Shown here piece after piece: positions 1-10,812 of a stretch of 64,000 nt of DNA. The stretch is from NCBI GenBank assembly GCA_965261615.1, contig OZ253461.1, positions 313,223-377,222 of the forward strand, given 5' to 3'. Each line of letters starts with the position of its first letter. Position 1 is the stretch's first letter. The stretch comes from Alphaproteobacteria bacterium. Lineage in GTDB: Bacteria > Pseudomonadota > Alphaproteobacteria > Bin98. The translations under genes were made by a program, and so were the position numbers. Below the pieces are notes generated by a model that saw only the letters and a list, made by a program, of their open reading frames with translations, was not told the DNA's origin and did no database searches.

Positions 1-2151
1 TGTAGTATGCTGATAGCAGCGGGAGATCCTCCTATAGAGCTGCAGGAGCTACACCTTTCGTTATCGAGTAGTTCTGTCTGCCTGGTGGAGAGTGCTGTTA
101 AGGCTGACGCAGAGGTTGTGGAGTGCTTAAGCTCCTTAAAGGAACATATTCTGTTGGGAGATAGCGCGGTTGTGAGTGCGTATAATGATGCCTGCAAAAA
201 GGTGGGGCTCGACGCAGACTTGGGTGTGGTGGCAGGTCCTCAGAAAGGCTTGGTGCAGCCACTAGCGCTAGACTCCCCAACAGAAGTAGCCCTGTATTTA
301 TTCCATAATCAGAAAGCTTTAAACGTTTTGAATGCGTTAGAAGATACTTATAAGTGTGCTGACTTGGCTCACTTACGAGATGTTATTAAAGCGAGGGTAC
401 AGTCTTTTTTTGCAGAGCCAAAAAGCTTAAAACTCTTGATAGAGGAAAGCCAAAAGAGTGAGTGGGTCTGTCCGGAAGAGGTTGCGTTTGCGGTGGCGTA
501 TATGCCGTGGAAAAATCGTGAGCAGCTGCGTCTAGTTGACACGCGCTTGTACGCATTTGTTCATAAGAGTCATGCAAAGTATGAGGTCGGGGCTCGAGAG
601 GCTTTGGATCCCTTTTTTCAATTGGATGCTGAGATACAAAGAGAGGATAAGCATTTTTCTCGCGCTATTGGGCCATTTTTGGAGGCTGTTCGTCACGTAT
701 GTGGGAGTTTAGAGGGCTTTGATGATGTTCACTATTATGGAGAAGAGCAAAGCGAATCGGGTGTCTTTTACTTTCGGGAGGCAAGAGACGCTTTGATGCG
801 CTTATGCTCGAACAAAGATAAGAGAGTGCTACTTCCCATTTGCTTGGGGCAGAATAAATCAATAGAAGATATATTCCCTGCTTTATCATTAAGCATGGCC
901 AGCCTGCAGTTGTTTGTAAAAACATCAGAAGCTCTTTCGGTCATTGAAGTTTGGCAACGTGGTGATGAGCCTTACAAAAAGCTCATGGTGTACTGTTTGC
1001 ATTATGCCTACTGGCTAAAGATGTCTGCTCTCTTGCCAGAAAAGGACAGTGATAGTGCTGAGAAAAAGGTGATGTTGAGCCCCCTTTTTCAAAGAGGACT
1101 AAAAGTACAGGCTTTTTTGCAAAAGACGCTGGCTAGTAGTTGCGGCAATGTGGCTGAATACTTAAAGTGTTTTGTACAGTTTGGCTCTGTGGGTTGCTTG
1201 TGGTCTGCGTTGCACGAGGTTCTTCGTCATGAAGTTGGCTGTGCTGAGAGTGTTTGTTGTGCCGAGGCAAAAAAAGAGCTATGGTCTGAAATTACAGCTT
1301 CTAAAATAGACTGTCAACAAGTTTGGGGGCATCTGTCTTTTTTGGAACAAATGAACTGTAGTGCCGATCAGAAAAATCAGCTGGTGCATGAAGCAAGTGT
1401 TTGGCTGTCGCGCTCTATAGATCGCAAGATGTGCGCTATATGGAGCCAGGAGTGCGAGTGGGATAATCTTAGTGAAGGGGTCGTGTGTGAAATCGTTGAT
1501 TGCTTGAATAGGATGAGTTGTGCAAAAAGCGAAGAGATATACCGTTTGTGTGTGCAGTGTCTGCCTATAACTATGCACCTCTCTTTCAGGAAAGGTTGTG
1601 AGCAGTCTTTCTATGTGCAGTTGTGCCGAGGAGATGAAGCGTTAGTAACGTTAGCGAGTATGGTGGCTGTTCAAGGTAGAGCGTATGGCCCCGCGCGGTC
1701 CTATCTAGGTTACCTGCAGTGTGCGCATCCTTTTTTGGACTGGTGGGCGATGCTTGGAGATAAAGAGGTCTTAGCGTGTAGCAATGATCATAAAGAGGCT
1801 TTAGCGGATCTTATTTGGCATGCGATATTTAAGAGCTCTACACCTGACTTTCAGAGGGTATTGGGTGGCGTGCAAAAACTGATTACAATAAAGGGTAAAC
1901 ATGTTGTGCAGGGGCGCGTTTTGCGCGAAATAAGGGCGGTTTGTCGCCACATAGTCAGTATGGGTTCAGGCGCACAAGAGAGGGTGTATTACTTTGTATG
2001 TCAGGGAAATGACTTTGTGCCTCAAGGAGGGCTTAAAAAGCGTCTTGACTGTGCGCGTAATAATTTACAGCCAGGAGGTTTAGCGGCACTAGTCCCTCGT
2101 CGTTTGCAGCAAAGAAGAAACTCTGATGACTTGCGGTTATGGGGTAGGTAA
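1..2151 (+). CDS. Secreted cysteine-containing family protein, S1 subfamily; 5'-truncated by the window edge
   Basis: Open reading frame runs from the window start. Carries the 'WVCPEEVAFAVAY' N-domain motif and the C-module ('KLITIKGKHVVQGRVLREIRAVCRHIVSMGSG...YYFVCQG') shared with genes at 2261, 4448 and 60688. Confidence 0.8.
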   Translation, partial: CSMLIAAGDPPIELQELHLSLSSSSVCLVESAVKADAEVVECLSSLKEHILLGDSAVVSAYNDACKKVGLDADLGVVAGPQKGLVQPLALDSPTEVALYLFHNQKALNVLNALEDTYKCADLAHLRDVIKARVQSFFAEPKSLKLLIEESQKSEWVCPEEVAFAVAYMPWKNREQLRLVDTRLYAFVHKSHAKYEVGAREALDPFFQLDAEIQREDKHFSRAIGPFLEAVRHVCGSLEGFDDVHYYGEEQSESGVFYFREARDALMRLCSNKDKRVLLPICLGQNKSIEDIFPALSLSMASLQLFVKTSEALSVIEVWQRGDEPYKKLMVYCLHYAYWLKMSALLPEKDSDSAEKKVMLSPLFQRGLKVQAFLQKTLASSCGNVAEYLKCFVQFGSVGCLWSALHEVLRHEVGCAESVCCAEAKKELWSEITASKIDCQQVWGHLSFLEQMNCSADQKNQLVHEASVWLSRSIDRKMCAIWSQECEWDNLSEGVVCEIVDCLNRMSCAKSEEIYRLCVQCLPITMHLSFRKGCEQSFYVQLCRGDEALVTLASMVAVQGRAYGPARSYLGYLQCAHPFLDWWAMLGDKEVLACSNDHKEALADLIWHAIFKSSTPDFQRVLGGVQKLITIKGKHVVQGRVLREIRAVCRHIVSMGSGAQERVYYFVCQGNDFVPQGGLKKRLDCARNNLQPGGLAALVPRRLQQRRNSDDLRLWGR

Positions 2152-2260
2152 GCGAGAGCGCATAGCCGGGCTTACAGAAGGTGAGCGATTTTTAACCTAG
2201 ACACCAGATCTTAGAAGTGGTAAAATTTTCCATCGATGTAGAATGAAAGAGGGATAGTAA

Positions 2261-4060
2261 ATGATGCGCGTAGTGTTTGTGATATGGGGCTTGAGTTTGT
2301 TAGCCTCTGGTTGGTTTGAGACATCTTCTGAAGATTTAAACAGTTTTTCTCGAGTTGATCAGAGCGGTAGTGAGGGGGAAAAATTTGCCTGTATTAAGAT
2401 GCAAAGTTTTAAGCGCGTGTGTCAGAATAGGCAAGACGGTGAGTCCGTGTTGGGGGGGCAAGGGCCTTTTAAATCGTACATCATAGCCGGTAATATGGAG
2501 GACTTGATTTTAAATGAGATCGAGTATATACGCCTTGCAAAAGAGGTGGTCACTCCGAGGCAGATAAAGCTGCTTATGATGCTGAAGTCAGAGTTCACCT
2601 GGGGAAATCAAATATTAAAGCAAGGTATTCTTGCAGTCCTGGCAAACGATCAGCAAAGCGAGATCAAAAGTCAGGAAGTTTTGCGGGGTGTGAATGTTGA
2701 AGGTCTCCTAGATGCATTAATTCCACAGAATCAAGCGAGCGACTTAAAGGAAAAAGAAATTTTTTTACATGTGCATTTGTTTCAAAGAGCATTGCCTACC
2801 GGTGTTCTTTCAGCGGCTAGCACCTTTCAGATTGGACTGGAGGCTCCTATGGCCAGTGCACTTTTTAAGATCATGCAAGGTGCAGGGGCAACAGAGAAGC
2901 AGCAAGTTACATTCTGCAGCAGTTACGCACAATGGCTGATGACAGCCTATTCTTCTCTTGAAGGTGTGCCAGGTATTGAGGGTGGTACGCTACTGCATGA
3001 CTTTTTAAACCCTGGGGAAAAATCTCGAAATTTGTTTCAGCAAATCAGTAAACATTGTCCGCAGGGCGCCTTAGGTTATGTGCGGTATTTGGCTTGGGCC
3101 CAGAGCCGTGAAGGCCTGTGGGCTGTGCTTCCTGAAGTGCGTGCAACTCAGGGGGGAACGCTTGCAAAGATAATGTGGTCTACGCTTATCAAAGAAGCCA
3201 TTGATGTAGATAAGGTGCTCGAGTATCTTCAATGTGACGTTGAAGGAGGGGCGGCAGCCAAGTGTCAAATGCTGCAAACTATGTGCTCCTACCTTGCTCA
3301 AGCAATGATACGGCAAGGCCAGCAAGCGTGGTGCAGCCCTCTTTCTGCAGCAAAGGCAGAGGAAGTGATTGAGTGCATGCATCGTGTGAATCAGAAAAAA
3401 AGTGAAGAGGTCTATAGTTTTTTTCTGCAGTGTATGCGCTTGGTTCAGGGCGAGGATATGTCTCAAGAACAGTTGAGTGGGTCTCTATGGTCCAAGCTAT
3501 GCAGCGGGAATTATGCTCTTGATTTTTTAAACAAAATGAGTGAGGCGCAATTAGGCGTTTTTGGTGCAGCTTGGGAATACCGGGTCTACCTACAAGGCAT
3601 AATGCCTCCATTGCGGTGGTGGGATATGCTTTTTCAAAAAGAAAGGCTACCATCGAAAAAACACGTCAAGGAATACCTGTCTCGTTTGATTTGGGAGGCT
3701 ATCAATACGTCGCCCCCAAGTGTTCGGTCGGAAAAACTTTTCTGCTTAAAAGGGTTGATTAAGTTAGAGGGGAGTGACATTTGTGAGGCCACAGTGATGA
3801 CCGAAATAAAGTTGGTTTGTGCGCACCTTATTCAAGAAGGTAAAGGGGAGAGAGGGATGGCGTATGCCTTTGTGTGTCAAGGAGAGGGTTTTGTGTCGGC
3901 ACCCCATATGCGTGAGCGTTTGCAGAGCGCGAAGTCTTGGCTAAAGCCAGAGGGTTTTTTGCAAAAAAGGGCGTCTTTAGGGTTAAGGGTGCCTACCAGC
4001 TTATTGTGTTTATGGCAGCAGAAACAACCAGAGGAGAGTTGGTCTGTTACGGATCTTTAA
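2261..4060 (+). CDS. Secreted family protein (599 aa)
   Basis: Signal peptide MMRVVFVIWGLSLLASG. Upstream -10-like 'tgtagaat' and RBS 'agaggga'. NWW-like 'YVRYLAWAQSREGLW' and the C-module (GLIKLEGSDICEATVMTEIKLVCAHL) shared with paralogs. Confidence 0.85.
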   Translation: MMRVVFVIWGLSLLASGWFETSSEDLNSFSRVDQSGSEGEKFACIKMQSFKRVCQNRQDGESVLGGQGPFKSYIIAGNMEDLILNEIEYIRLAKEVVTPRQIKLLMMLKSEFTWGNQILKQGILAVLANDQQSEIKSQEVLRGVNVEGLLDALIPQNQASDLKEKEIFLHVHLFQRALPTGVLSAASTFQIGLEAPMASALFKIMQGAGATEKQQVTFCSSYAQWLMTAYSSLEGVPGIEGGTLLHDFLNPGEKSRNLFQQISKHCPQGALGYVRYLAWAQSREGLWAVLPEVRATQGGTLAKIMWSTLIKEAIDVDKVLEYLQCDVEGGAAAKCQMLQTMCSYLAQAMIRQGQQAWCSPLSAAKAEEVIECMHRVNQKKSEEVYSFFLQCMRLVQGEDMSQEQLSGSLWSKLCSGNYALDFLNKMSEAQLGVFGAAWEYRVYLQGIMPPLRWWDMLFQKERLPSKKHVKEYLSRLIWEAINTSPPSVRSEKLFCLKGLIKLEGSDICEATVMTEIKLVCAHLIQEGKGERGMAYAFVCQGEGFVSAPHMRERLQSAKSWLKPEGFLQKRASLGLRVPTSLLCLWQQKQPEESWSVTDL

Positions 4061-4447
4061 AGCGGATTCGCAATTGTGCTCAGCTACGATCTGATACAGT
4101 TAAGGGGGGGGCGTATATTGTGTTGCCCTTAACGTAGGCTGTTTTGCGGTAAGGAGCCTGTGAAATCCGCAGACCGGCACGCGCTAAGAAAAGTGTGCGT
4201 CGAATTGGGGGAGAAGGGCGTGATAACAATATATAATACCTTGCTCTAAGTGGCTGCTTGTGGATGTGCAGTCAGATGGTGTGCTCCCGAGTGTTTTCGG
4301 TGCAGTACAGGATGTTGGATTGTTGCTTCATAGATAATGCTTGCCTTCAAAAGTTGACGAGCTCATTCTTTTCCGTAAGCTTAGTGATTGGTGTTTTTGA
4401 TTGAAGGGTGATTATAGTTGGGGTATAATCGAAGCAAAAGATAGTTT

Positions 4448-6676
4448 ATGTTGATGTGTGGTTTGTTAATTATTTTGAGCTTCAGTGGTGTGGTCGCAAT
4501 GGACAGTGCTCTGTTAGAGCCCAGCACGAAGTCTGAGAACGTAGCCGATATTGCTCTTGCCGTATATGCGAGTTTGCAAATGCAAGCAAGTCGCATTGTG
4601 AAAGGAAGCCCTGCAGTTGTCCAGTGCTATAACGATTTGTGCTCGCAGTGGAGAATGGTTTTGAGTGCAGTGGGTGAAGCGCCACCTTTTGTTCCGCTGG
4701 TTTGCCAGGAGAGGGTAAAAGAAGCACCGATTGGGGTGCCTCTTCTTGATAAAGCGGCGTTAGATTTGTTTTTGCAATGGGATCGTCTGCAACCTCTGCG
4801 AGCTTGGGCGGATCTGAACTCTTTGGACTTGCCTACGGGCTGCTTTGACCAACTGAGAGTGGTGATATTTGACAATATTCCACACAGTGATGCTCTTCAA
4901 AAAGCTTGCAAGATGAGTCAGGAACCTGATTGGGTGTGCCCTGACATTTTAGCGTGTGCAGCGGCTACAGTCAGTGGGAGTATTCTTAAAGCCCTGATGT
5001 TGGCGGATGCCGCACTTGCAATCTTTTTACATAGGTGCCAGCAAGATTATGTTAGTAAAGCCCACGAGTGCTTGGCTTTATTTAAACCACTTGGGTTTTT
5101 TATTACGCAAAGTGATACGCGAGTTTGTAATGCTATAAAAAAAGTGCGTAGTACTGTGCGGTATCTAAAATCTACATGGAAAGAGGAGGATATAGTTTGG
5201 AACGATCTTCCGGTCATTAATGATGTTGAAGATTTTGCTGCAGGCTTGCAAGAACTAGGGGAAAATTTCAAGAAACACAAAAACGGAATGGCTTTCGTTC
5301 AGTTCTTTCAAAACTGTTGTGTCGATAATATTTGGCAAGAGCTTGTGATTTTTTCAGTTGAGAAAGCAGGTCTTATGGGAAGGATTCCAGCTATAGCGGC
5401 GGCTGTGGATGCAATGGAAGCTGTATACTTGCCGGAACCTTATATAACGAGCTACTGTCTTGAGTATGGTGTGTTTTTAAAGAGAAAGAAATGTGAAGAT
5501 CTGAACGTGCAGGGTCTGGAGAACAAGACATTTGTTAGATTTTTTCAAGGGCAGAACGCTTCATTTTTTATGTATAACTTGCTAGAGTACGAAAAAGAGA
5601 GGCCACCTTTAGAGGGTGCAGACTGTAGGCAAGAAGCCTATATGCAACTGCTAGAGTGGAGTGGTGACCCTGATTGGTGGGGCGTTTTAATCGGCTTACT
5701 GCGTGGTGGGTGTGAATATGATGGAGTAGGATACAACCGATTGTGGAAAGTGTGGAACAAGATTTTGGAAAGTGATATTGACTGTTGTGGGGTACTCCAA
5801 CATCTTTGTGATCTTGAGAGAGTTGTTCCGCGGTATGCGGAGAAGAGTGCTCAGAAAGTATGTTGTCAGTTGCTGGAGCGTTTAGGTCAATATAGAATAT
5901 GGTGTGATAAGAGTGGTTTTAAAAATGTTAATTTAGTAGTTATGAGCGCAATAGTCGATCGATTGCATACAGCGTGTGTATCTAATAGGAAGTGCTTTTT
6001 TTCTTTTGTGAGACAATGCCTTCCTACAAAGGAGGTATGGCTGCAAAGGGGTGGAGCGCTGAGTGCTATCCCGTCCACCTCTTGGTTTAAGAAAGTTTTG
6101 ACAGGAGGGGATGTTTTGGGTGTGATGACGGAAATGGCTCAAGCCGAAGGCGTGTGGGGTGGCCTTGTGTCTAGCTATGTACATCATTTAAGCTTGGACT
6201 TGGATGGTAAGCAGTGGTTGCAAATACTGCAGGAGACAAGAGGCCTTCCACAGTATGGTTCTTTGTTTTGCCGTTTTATTTGGGATGACATTAAAGCACA
6301 GGGTTGGCGAAATAAAGAGGATTTGTTCGCACACTTAAAGTTTTTAGTCTCTTTGGAAAGTGAGCATAAACATTACGCTAATAGAGAGCTTAGCGAGCTA
6401 TGTGACTATATAAAAAGTGTTGGGTTACAAAAGCCAGCGTATGCGTTTTTGCAATGCGGATCTCAGTACGCTGCTTGTTTTGAAAATAAAGAACTGTATA
6501 GCAGAGCCAAAAGCCTTGTGAAACCACCGCTATGGTTTTTTGTTTCAGGGCGTGTGATGGACCAAGTAAGGGCGCAATATGCGCGCTTGTGGGAAGGCTC
6601 CTCTGAGGGAGCTGCGGTTGAGCAAAGCGAACTAGGTCATGTGCAGACTCCTCAAGGTTACGCAGTACGCGTATGA
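4448..6676 (+). CDS. Secreted family protein (742 aa), S1 subfamily
   Basis: Signal peptide. 'YNDLCSQW', 'WVCPDILACAAATV', NWW-like 'WSGDPDWWGVLIGLLRGG' and C-module 'LKFLVSLESEHKHYANRELSELCDY...AYAFLQ'. TATAAT at about 4423. Confidence 0.85.
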   Translation: MLMCGLLIILSFSGVVAMDSALLEPSTKSENVADIALAVYASLQMQASRIVKGSPAVVQCYNDLCSQWRMVLSAVGEAPPFVPLVCQERVKEAPIGVPLLDKAALDLFLQWDRLQPLRAWADLNSLDLPTGCFDQLRVVIFDNIPHSDALQKACKMSQEPDWVCPDILACAAATVSGSILKALMLADAALAIFLHRCQQDYVSKAHECLALFKPLGFFITQSDTRVCNAIKKVRSTVRYLKSTWKEEDIVWNDLPVINDVEDFAAGLQELGENFKKHKNGMAFVQFFQNCCVDNIWQELVIFSVEKAGLMGRIPAIAAAVDAMEAVYLPEPYITSYCLEYGVFLKRKKCEDLNVQGLENKTFVRFFQGQNASFFMYNLLEYEKERPPLEGADCRQEAYMQLLEWSGDPDWWGVLIGLLRGGCEYDGVGYNRLWKVWNKILESDIDCCGVLQHLCDLERVVPRYAEKSAQKVCCQLLERLGQYRIWCDKSGFKNVNLVVMSAIVDRLHTACVSNRKCFFSFVRQCLPTKEVWLQRGGALSAIPSTSWFKKVLTGGDVLGVMTEMAQAEGVWGGLVSSYVHHLSLDLDGKQWLQILQETRGLPQYGSLFCRFIWDDIKAQGWRNKEDLFAHLKFLVSLESEHKHYANRELSELCDYIKSVGLQKPAYAFLQCGSQYAACFENKELYSRAKSLVKPPLWFFVSGRVMDQVRAQYARLWEGSSEGAAVEQSELGHVQTPQGYAVRV

Positions 6677-6771
6677 AACAGGGAACTTTGCTCTTGAGGT
6701 GTTCTGGAGTATAGTTGATAACGAGAGTGCGTGTTTTGTGTTAGCATCTTTCCAATGAAGGTGGGGTTAAA

Positions 6772-6969
6772 ATGATTATTGGTAAACTGCTAGCGTTCTT
6801 AAGCTTGAGTTGTGTTGCAGCAGATTTGGAAGAGGGCGAAGAGGGTAGAGGCCAGTCTCTTGAGTGTGTAAGTGTTAAGCCGGAAAGGACCGGCCCCCTG
6901 GAAGATAGACCCTTCTCTTTTTCTTTAAAGGACCCCGGCGTTAATACTGATAAGATTAAAGCTGCGTGA
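6772..6969 (+). pseudogene. 65-aa ORF with a family-type signal peptide only: a 5' remnant or a small secreted peptide
   Basis: MIIGKLLAFLSLSCVAADLEE matches the signal and N-terminus of paralogs (20470, 53026). RBS 'aaggtgggg' is 6 nt upstream. No downstream family modules. Confidence 0.5.
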
Positions 6970-7089
6970 ATATGCCCAAGGGTTATTGTCGCTGCAGTGG
7001 AAGTTGGGGCGAAACTAATTGGGGGTGGTTTGCTTCAATCAACTAGCGTTAGTGTTTGTAAAATAGAGCTTTCCGTAGAGCGCTTGTTG

Positions 7090-7098
7090 TGATACAAT
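7090..7098 (+). promoter_or_regulatory. Extended -10 element TGaTACAAT
   Basis: The TGnTACAAT/TATAAT pattern recurs before several genes (15205–15213 TGtTACAAT; 57217–57225 TGgTATAAT; 17366 gTTACAAT; 52953 TACAAT), 20–60 nt upstream of RBS plus start. Confidence 0.5.
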
Positions 7099-7118
7099 CA
7101 CATCACGAGGGTGAATTA

Positions 7119-10100
7119 ATGAGTATAGGGGTTGTTTTAACACTTTTAAGTGTGTGGGGTTTTGCGGCAGACTGGGAAAAGCCTGCGTCTGAAGAGAGCG
7201 GGGAGGGGCAGTCATACTTTGTACAACTTCCAAATGTTGATTGCATTAAGCTTGAGGGGGCGTATGAGCGGTTAATTGCAGAGCGCAGTAATATCGCTTG
7301 TGGCAGCAAATTGGCCGTTCATCTTTATAACAGCCTGTGTGAGCAATGGGGGCTATATTTGAGCATGGTTGGTTCAAGTGCGAGATTTGAACCCGTGCGT
7401 TTTCAAGAAAAGCCTGCGGTGTGCATAGCTGAGGGGCTTCCGCAACAGTTTAAAGCGGCTCTGTGTTTGTTTCATACTGTCGGTCAATGGAAGGTAATGC
7501 GTGTTTGGGATATTTTGTGTTTGGGTGACTTTGGAGTAGGGGATGATCTTGTATCTGAACTAAAGCAGGCATTATTGTCCAGCCTACCTCAGAGTGAAGC
7601 TCTTAATAGCTGTGTTTTAGAAAGAGAAAGCGAAGAAAGTTGGCGCTGCACAGACGCTTTAGCGTGTGCAGGGGCCATAGTTTTTGATAGTTTATGTCCG
7701 TATATGCAAACTGCGCTTGCGGAAACGGATAAAAAAATGTTTGATTTTTTGAATCAATGTGCTGGGGTGTATTGCGCAAGAGCGACGGAGGCGCTAAGAG
7801 TATTTGCGCCGGTTTTTTCTTTAATTCTAGAGGGGTGCGAACCGGCGAGCTCTGCTGTGCGACGTGCCTATAATATGGTGCAAAGGTTAAGTGGTGTTTT
7901 GGGCTTGAATCAGCAGGGAATTTTCCCGATTCGCGCTACTAGTGATATAAGAAATTTGCAGCCATTGTTAGTGAGTCTGCGGCAAGAAAATCAAAAAAAT
8001 AATTATGCCCACCTTGTGTTTTTGGGCCTATTCCGGGAGGTCACGATGGATTCTCTGCTTTGTGAGATTGCTGACTTGGCCGCGCAGTCAGGTGTTGGTG
8101 GAAAGAGCTGTGTGTCTCCCGACCTTGAAATCACTCCTTTTAAAAAGGACCGATGGGGTTTTGATGCTGAAAAGCTTTATGATGCGTATGACAGATTAGT
8201 GCAGGCTCGTGATTTATTTGCTGGCGGAAGTGAGAGTTTGGTTGACGCGTATAATAAGGTTTGTGGGCAATGGTGTGCAACACTGAGTGTCATAAGTGAA
8301 GTGAAGCCATTTTTCCCATTGGTTGCTGAGAACAAAGAGCTCTCAATAATAGATAGAGGTTTGTCGCAACAAGTGCGAGCGGCTCTTTTTCTCTTTCAGA
8401 ATAGAGCGAGTCTAGAGCTGTTAATCTTAAGGAATACCCTTTTGGGAAGTGAAGAATTTCTTCAGTCTAGTGCTGTAGAAGTTCTGAAGAGCGAAATGGT
8501 AGCGGCCCTTCCTCTGAACAACGATGTGAAACAGTGCATGCAAGATAGCGTGGATTCAGGGTGGGTGTGTTCAGATGCATTAGCTCGGTCTGCTCAGGTG
8601 GCATTTGATATGAGAGTTTTTCAGCGAGAGCATTTTAGTGCGGTTGGTCATGAAGATTTGTATCATTTTTTTGTGTACTGTGTGCGTGCGTACTATGCAA
8701 GGGCGCAAAAAGCTTTGAGCACATTTAAGCCAATTTTTCCTATCATTTTGGGAACAGACGTTATGCCTTTCTGCACTGCAGTGCGACATACATATGAGGC
8801 CGTGCACACCTTAGCGCCGTTGCTGGAGGAGACGTTGAGCGCTGACTGGTATCAAGGCGCTGAGCCTAATACTCTACAAGAGATGAATGACCGCTTGAAG
8901 GTTGTTCAGCAATCATGCCTGCAAAATAATAATGAAGATCGCGATTTTTTGGCACTGTTTCGAGGCAGTTCTTTGAGGTCTATGTGGACAGAGGTGTTTA
9001 GGCAGACCATTAGAAGAGATTGGGATGGTATGTTTAAGGACTTTTCTGAATTTGTTTCTTTGATGGAAGGGTTGGTTCCCGAACAGTATATGGCGGCCTA
9101 CTGCCTTTCTCATGCCTTTGCGATTGCAGGAAAGGGACTGTATGATTTTTCTTTGAACATGTGCGGTTGGACAGAATGTGCATCTGAAAAATCTCTTTTG
9201 GAGCAGAGGTATCAATTTTCTTATAAACTGCGATTTGGGAGTGAGAGTGCGCACCTCAATATTGTAGATGCTTGGAAAGCTGGTAAGGATGTGGAAGCAA
9301 AGAACACACTGCATAAGTTTGTATGTGGAACAGATTTGGATTATGTGATCTCTGAAGTAGGGCGGTGTACCAAATCTCACGATTCCGTGTATCATTTTAT
9401 GGAGGGGCGGCATCAGTTCCTGTCGGCGGCAACAAGGATGAGGCGATCAAACACACCCTCTGTTGGATATGATTATGTGTATGCCTATGTGAGATATTTA
9501 CTCTGGAAAGATGAGACCTTGAGAAAAGAAAAGGCTCTAGCTTGTGAAACAAATTGGTGGGAGTGTTTGCACACCCTGTTGCGTCATGGTGTTTCATATT
9601 TGGACAAATCTGGAGAGGAGACTTTAAACCTTGTGTGGAGAGAGCTGGGCATGAAAGTGGTCGTAGACTTTGAAGATGTTGTGCGTCATGTGGCGCTCTT
9701 TGATGCTACTGAGGGCTTAACTGCTGTGCAGCAAGAGTGTTTGGCCGCACAGAAGAATGCAAGTTTGCATAAGTTAGGCATTTTTTGCGAATCTATATAT
9801 TATAATTCTGTGTGGTCTGAGGAGTTTGTGCTGAAAAATTTCAGTCACGACAAGGCGCATGAGATGATAGCGGCGTGGATGCGCTTGACTGGAAGCTTAA
9901 ACCGAGATTTAGCGAGGACGTTAGCGAACATGACTAGTTTGAGTCACCATGTTGTTGGACCGACAGTTGCTGTGCTTGACCAAAGGCCGGACGGGGTGTT
10001 TAGGCAGGCTCTGTTAGGAGTGGATGCTTCCATGCTAGTGGTGGAAATGGTGCGTGTGGGAGATGATTTGTTGAGTGCGGCTAAAAACTATTTGCGCTAT

Positions 10101-10502
10101 TTATCTACGAGGTTTTTTGCAGATAAGCTTTTTGAGGTTTTGAGGGAAGCTTTCAACCAACTAATGTTGGTGCAGAAAGGACCAGAGAGCGGGTGTGACT
10201 CAAAAACGTTTGAGAAGGTTTCTGAGAGTGTATGGCTGGTGGTTACGCAGGTAAATCCTCCCAGTGATAGAGCGTTGCTTACATACCTGCGCTTCCTGAT
10301 AATGGAGGGGCACCCTCAAATGGACTGTGCAAAAAGTGAGATAGAAAAGGTGTGTGAGCACTTCAAATTACAGCGCAAGAGAAAGGTTGCTTCTCATTTT
10401 TGTGATCAAGATACAGGGCTTGCGCCAACGTTCGCACGTCAAAAGGAGTTGCTCCAATATGCGGAGCGCTTGTTGGCAAGGGGATGGGCGATTTGGCAGT
10501 AG
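7119..10502 (+). CDS. Secreted family protein (about 1127 aa) with an internally duplicated N-domain
   Basis: Start reassigned to ATG 7119 (MSIGVVLTLLSVWGFAADW), after extended -10 TGaTACAAT (7090–7098) and RBS GAGGGTG (7107–7113). Two copies of the 'YNxxCxQW ... W(R/V)C(T/S)DALA ... (F/Y)xF(L/F)xxC ... F(A/K)P(V/I)F' module, then the FFxFVVQCLP and C-modules. Confidence 0.85.
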   Translation: MSIGVVLTLLSVWGFAADWEKPASEESGEGQSYFVQLPNVDCIKLEGAYERLIAERSNIACGSKLAVHLYNSLCEQWGLYLSMVGSSARFEPVRFQEKPAVCIAEGLPQQFKAALCLFHTVGQWKVMRVWDILCLGDFGVGDDLVSELKQALLSSLPQSEALNSCVLERESEESWRCTDALACAGAIVFDSLCPYMQTALAETDKKMFDFLNQCAGVYCARATEALRVFAPVFSLILEGCEPASSAVRRAYNMVQRLSGVLGLNQQGIFPIRATSDIRNLQPLLVSLRQENQKNNYAHLVFLGLFREVTMDSLLCEIADLAAQSGVGGKSCVSPDLEITPFKKDRWGFDAEKLYDAYDRLVQARDLFAGGSESLVDAYNKVCGQWCATLSVISEVKPFFPLVAENKELSIIDRGLSQQVRAALFLFQNRASLELLILRNTLLGSEEFLQSSAVEVLKSEMVAALPLNNDVKQCMQDSVDSGWVCSDALARSAQVAFDMRVFQREHFSAVGHEDLYHFFVYCVRAYYARAQKALSTFKPIFPIILGTDVMPFCTAVRHTYEAVHTLAPLLEETLSADWYQGAEPNTLQEMNDRLKVVQQSCLQNNNEDRDFLALFRGSSLRSMWTEVFRQTIRRDWDGMFKDFSEFVSLMEGLVPEQYMAAYCLSHAFAIAGKGLYDFSLNMCGWTECASEKSLLEQRYQFSYKLRFGSESAHLNIVDAWKAGKDVEAKNTLHKFVCGTDLDYVISEVGRCTKSHDSVYHFMEGRHQFLSAATRMRRSNTPSVGYDYVYAYVRYLLWKDETLRKEKALACETNWWECLHTLLRHGVSYLDKSGEETLNLVWRELGMKVVVDFEDVVRHVALFDATEGLTAVQQECLAAQKNASLHKLGIFCESIYYNSVWSEEFVLKNFSHDKAHEMIAAWMRLTGSLNRDLARTLANMTSLSHHVVGPTVAVLDQRPDGVFRQALLGVDASMLVVEMVRVGDDLLSAAKNYLRYLSTRFFADKLFEVLREAFNQLMLVQKGPESGCDSKTFEKVSESVWLVVTQVNPPSDRALLTYLRFLIMEGHPQMDCAKSEIEKVCEHFKLQRKRKVASHFCDQDTGLAPTFARQKELLQYAERLLARGWAIWQ

Positions 10503-10812
10503 GCGCGGATAAAGTAAAGCAAATATGGAATAAGCACTGACAGTATGTGCCATTAGCTGTATACTGTGTGGCTCTATGACAGATTTTAGACTGTAAATTA
10601 AGCATTTGCCTTTTGATATGCTGTGCAGTATAATGGTCACAATGAAAGCCAGAATGTTGGTGTAAGGGCTTTATAAGGCGATAGTAAATCGTGTGATTGG
10701 CCAAGGGCACAGAAGAGAAAAGAGCTTTACTGTGCGTGTTTATTTCTCGTAAGATTTTGAGGGCAGGTTGTTGGGTGAATGTGTTTGCTGAAAATGATTA
10801 AAAGAGGGTGCT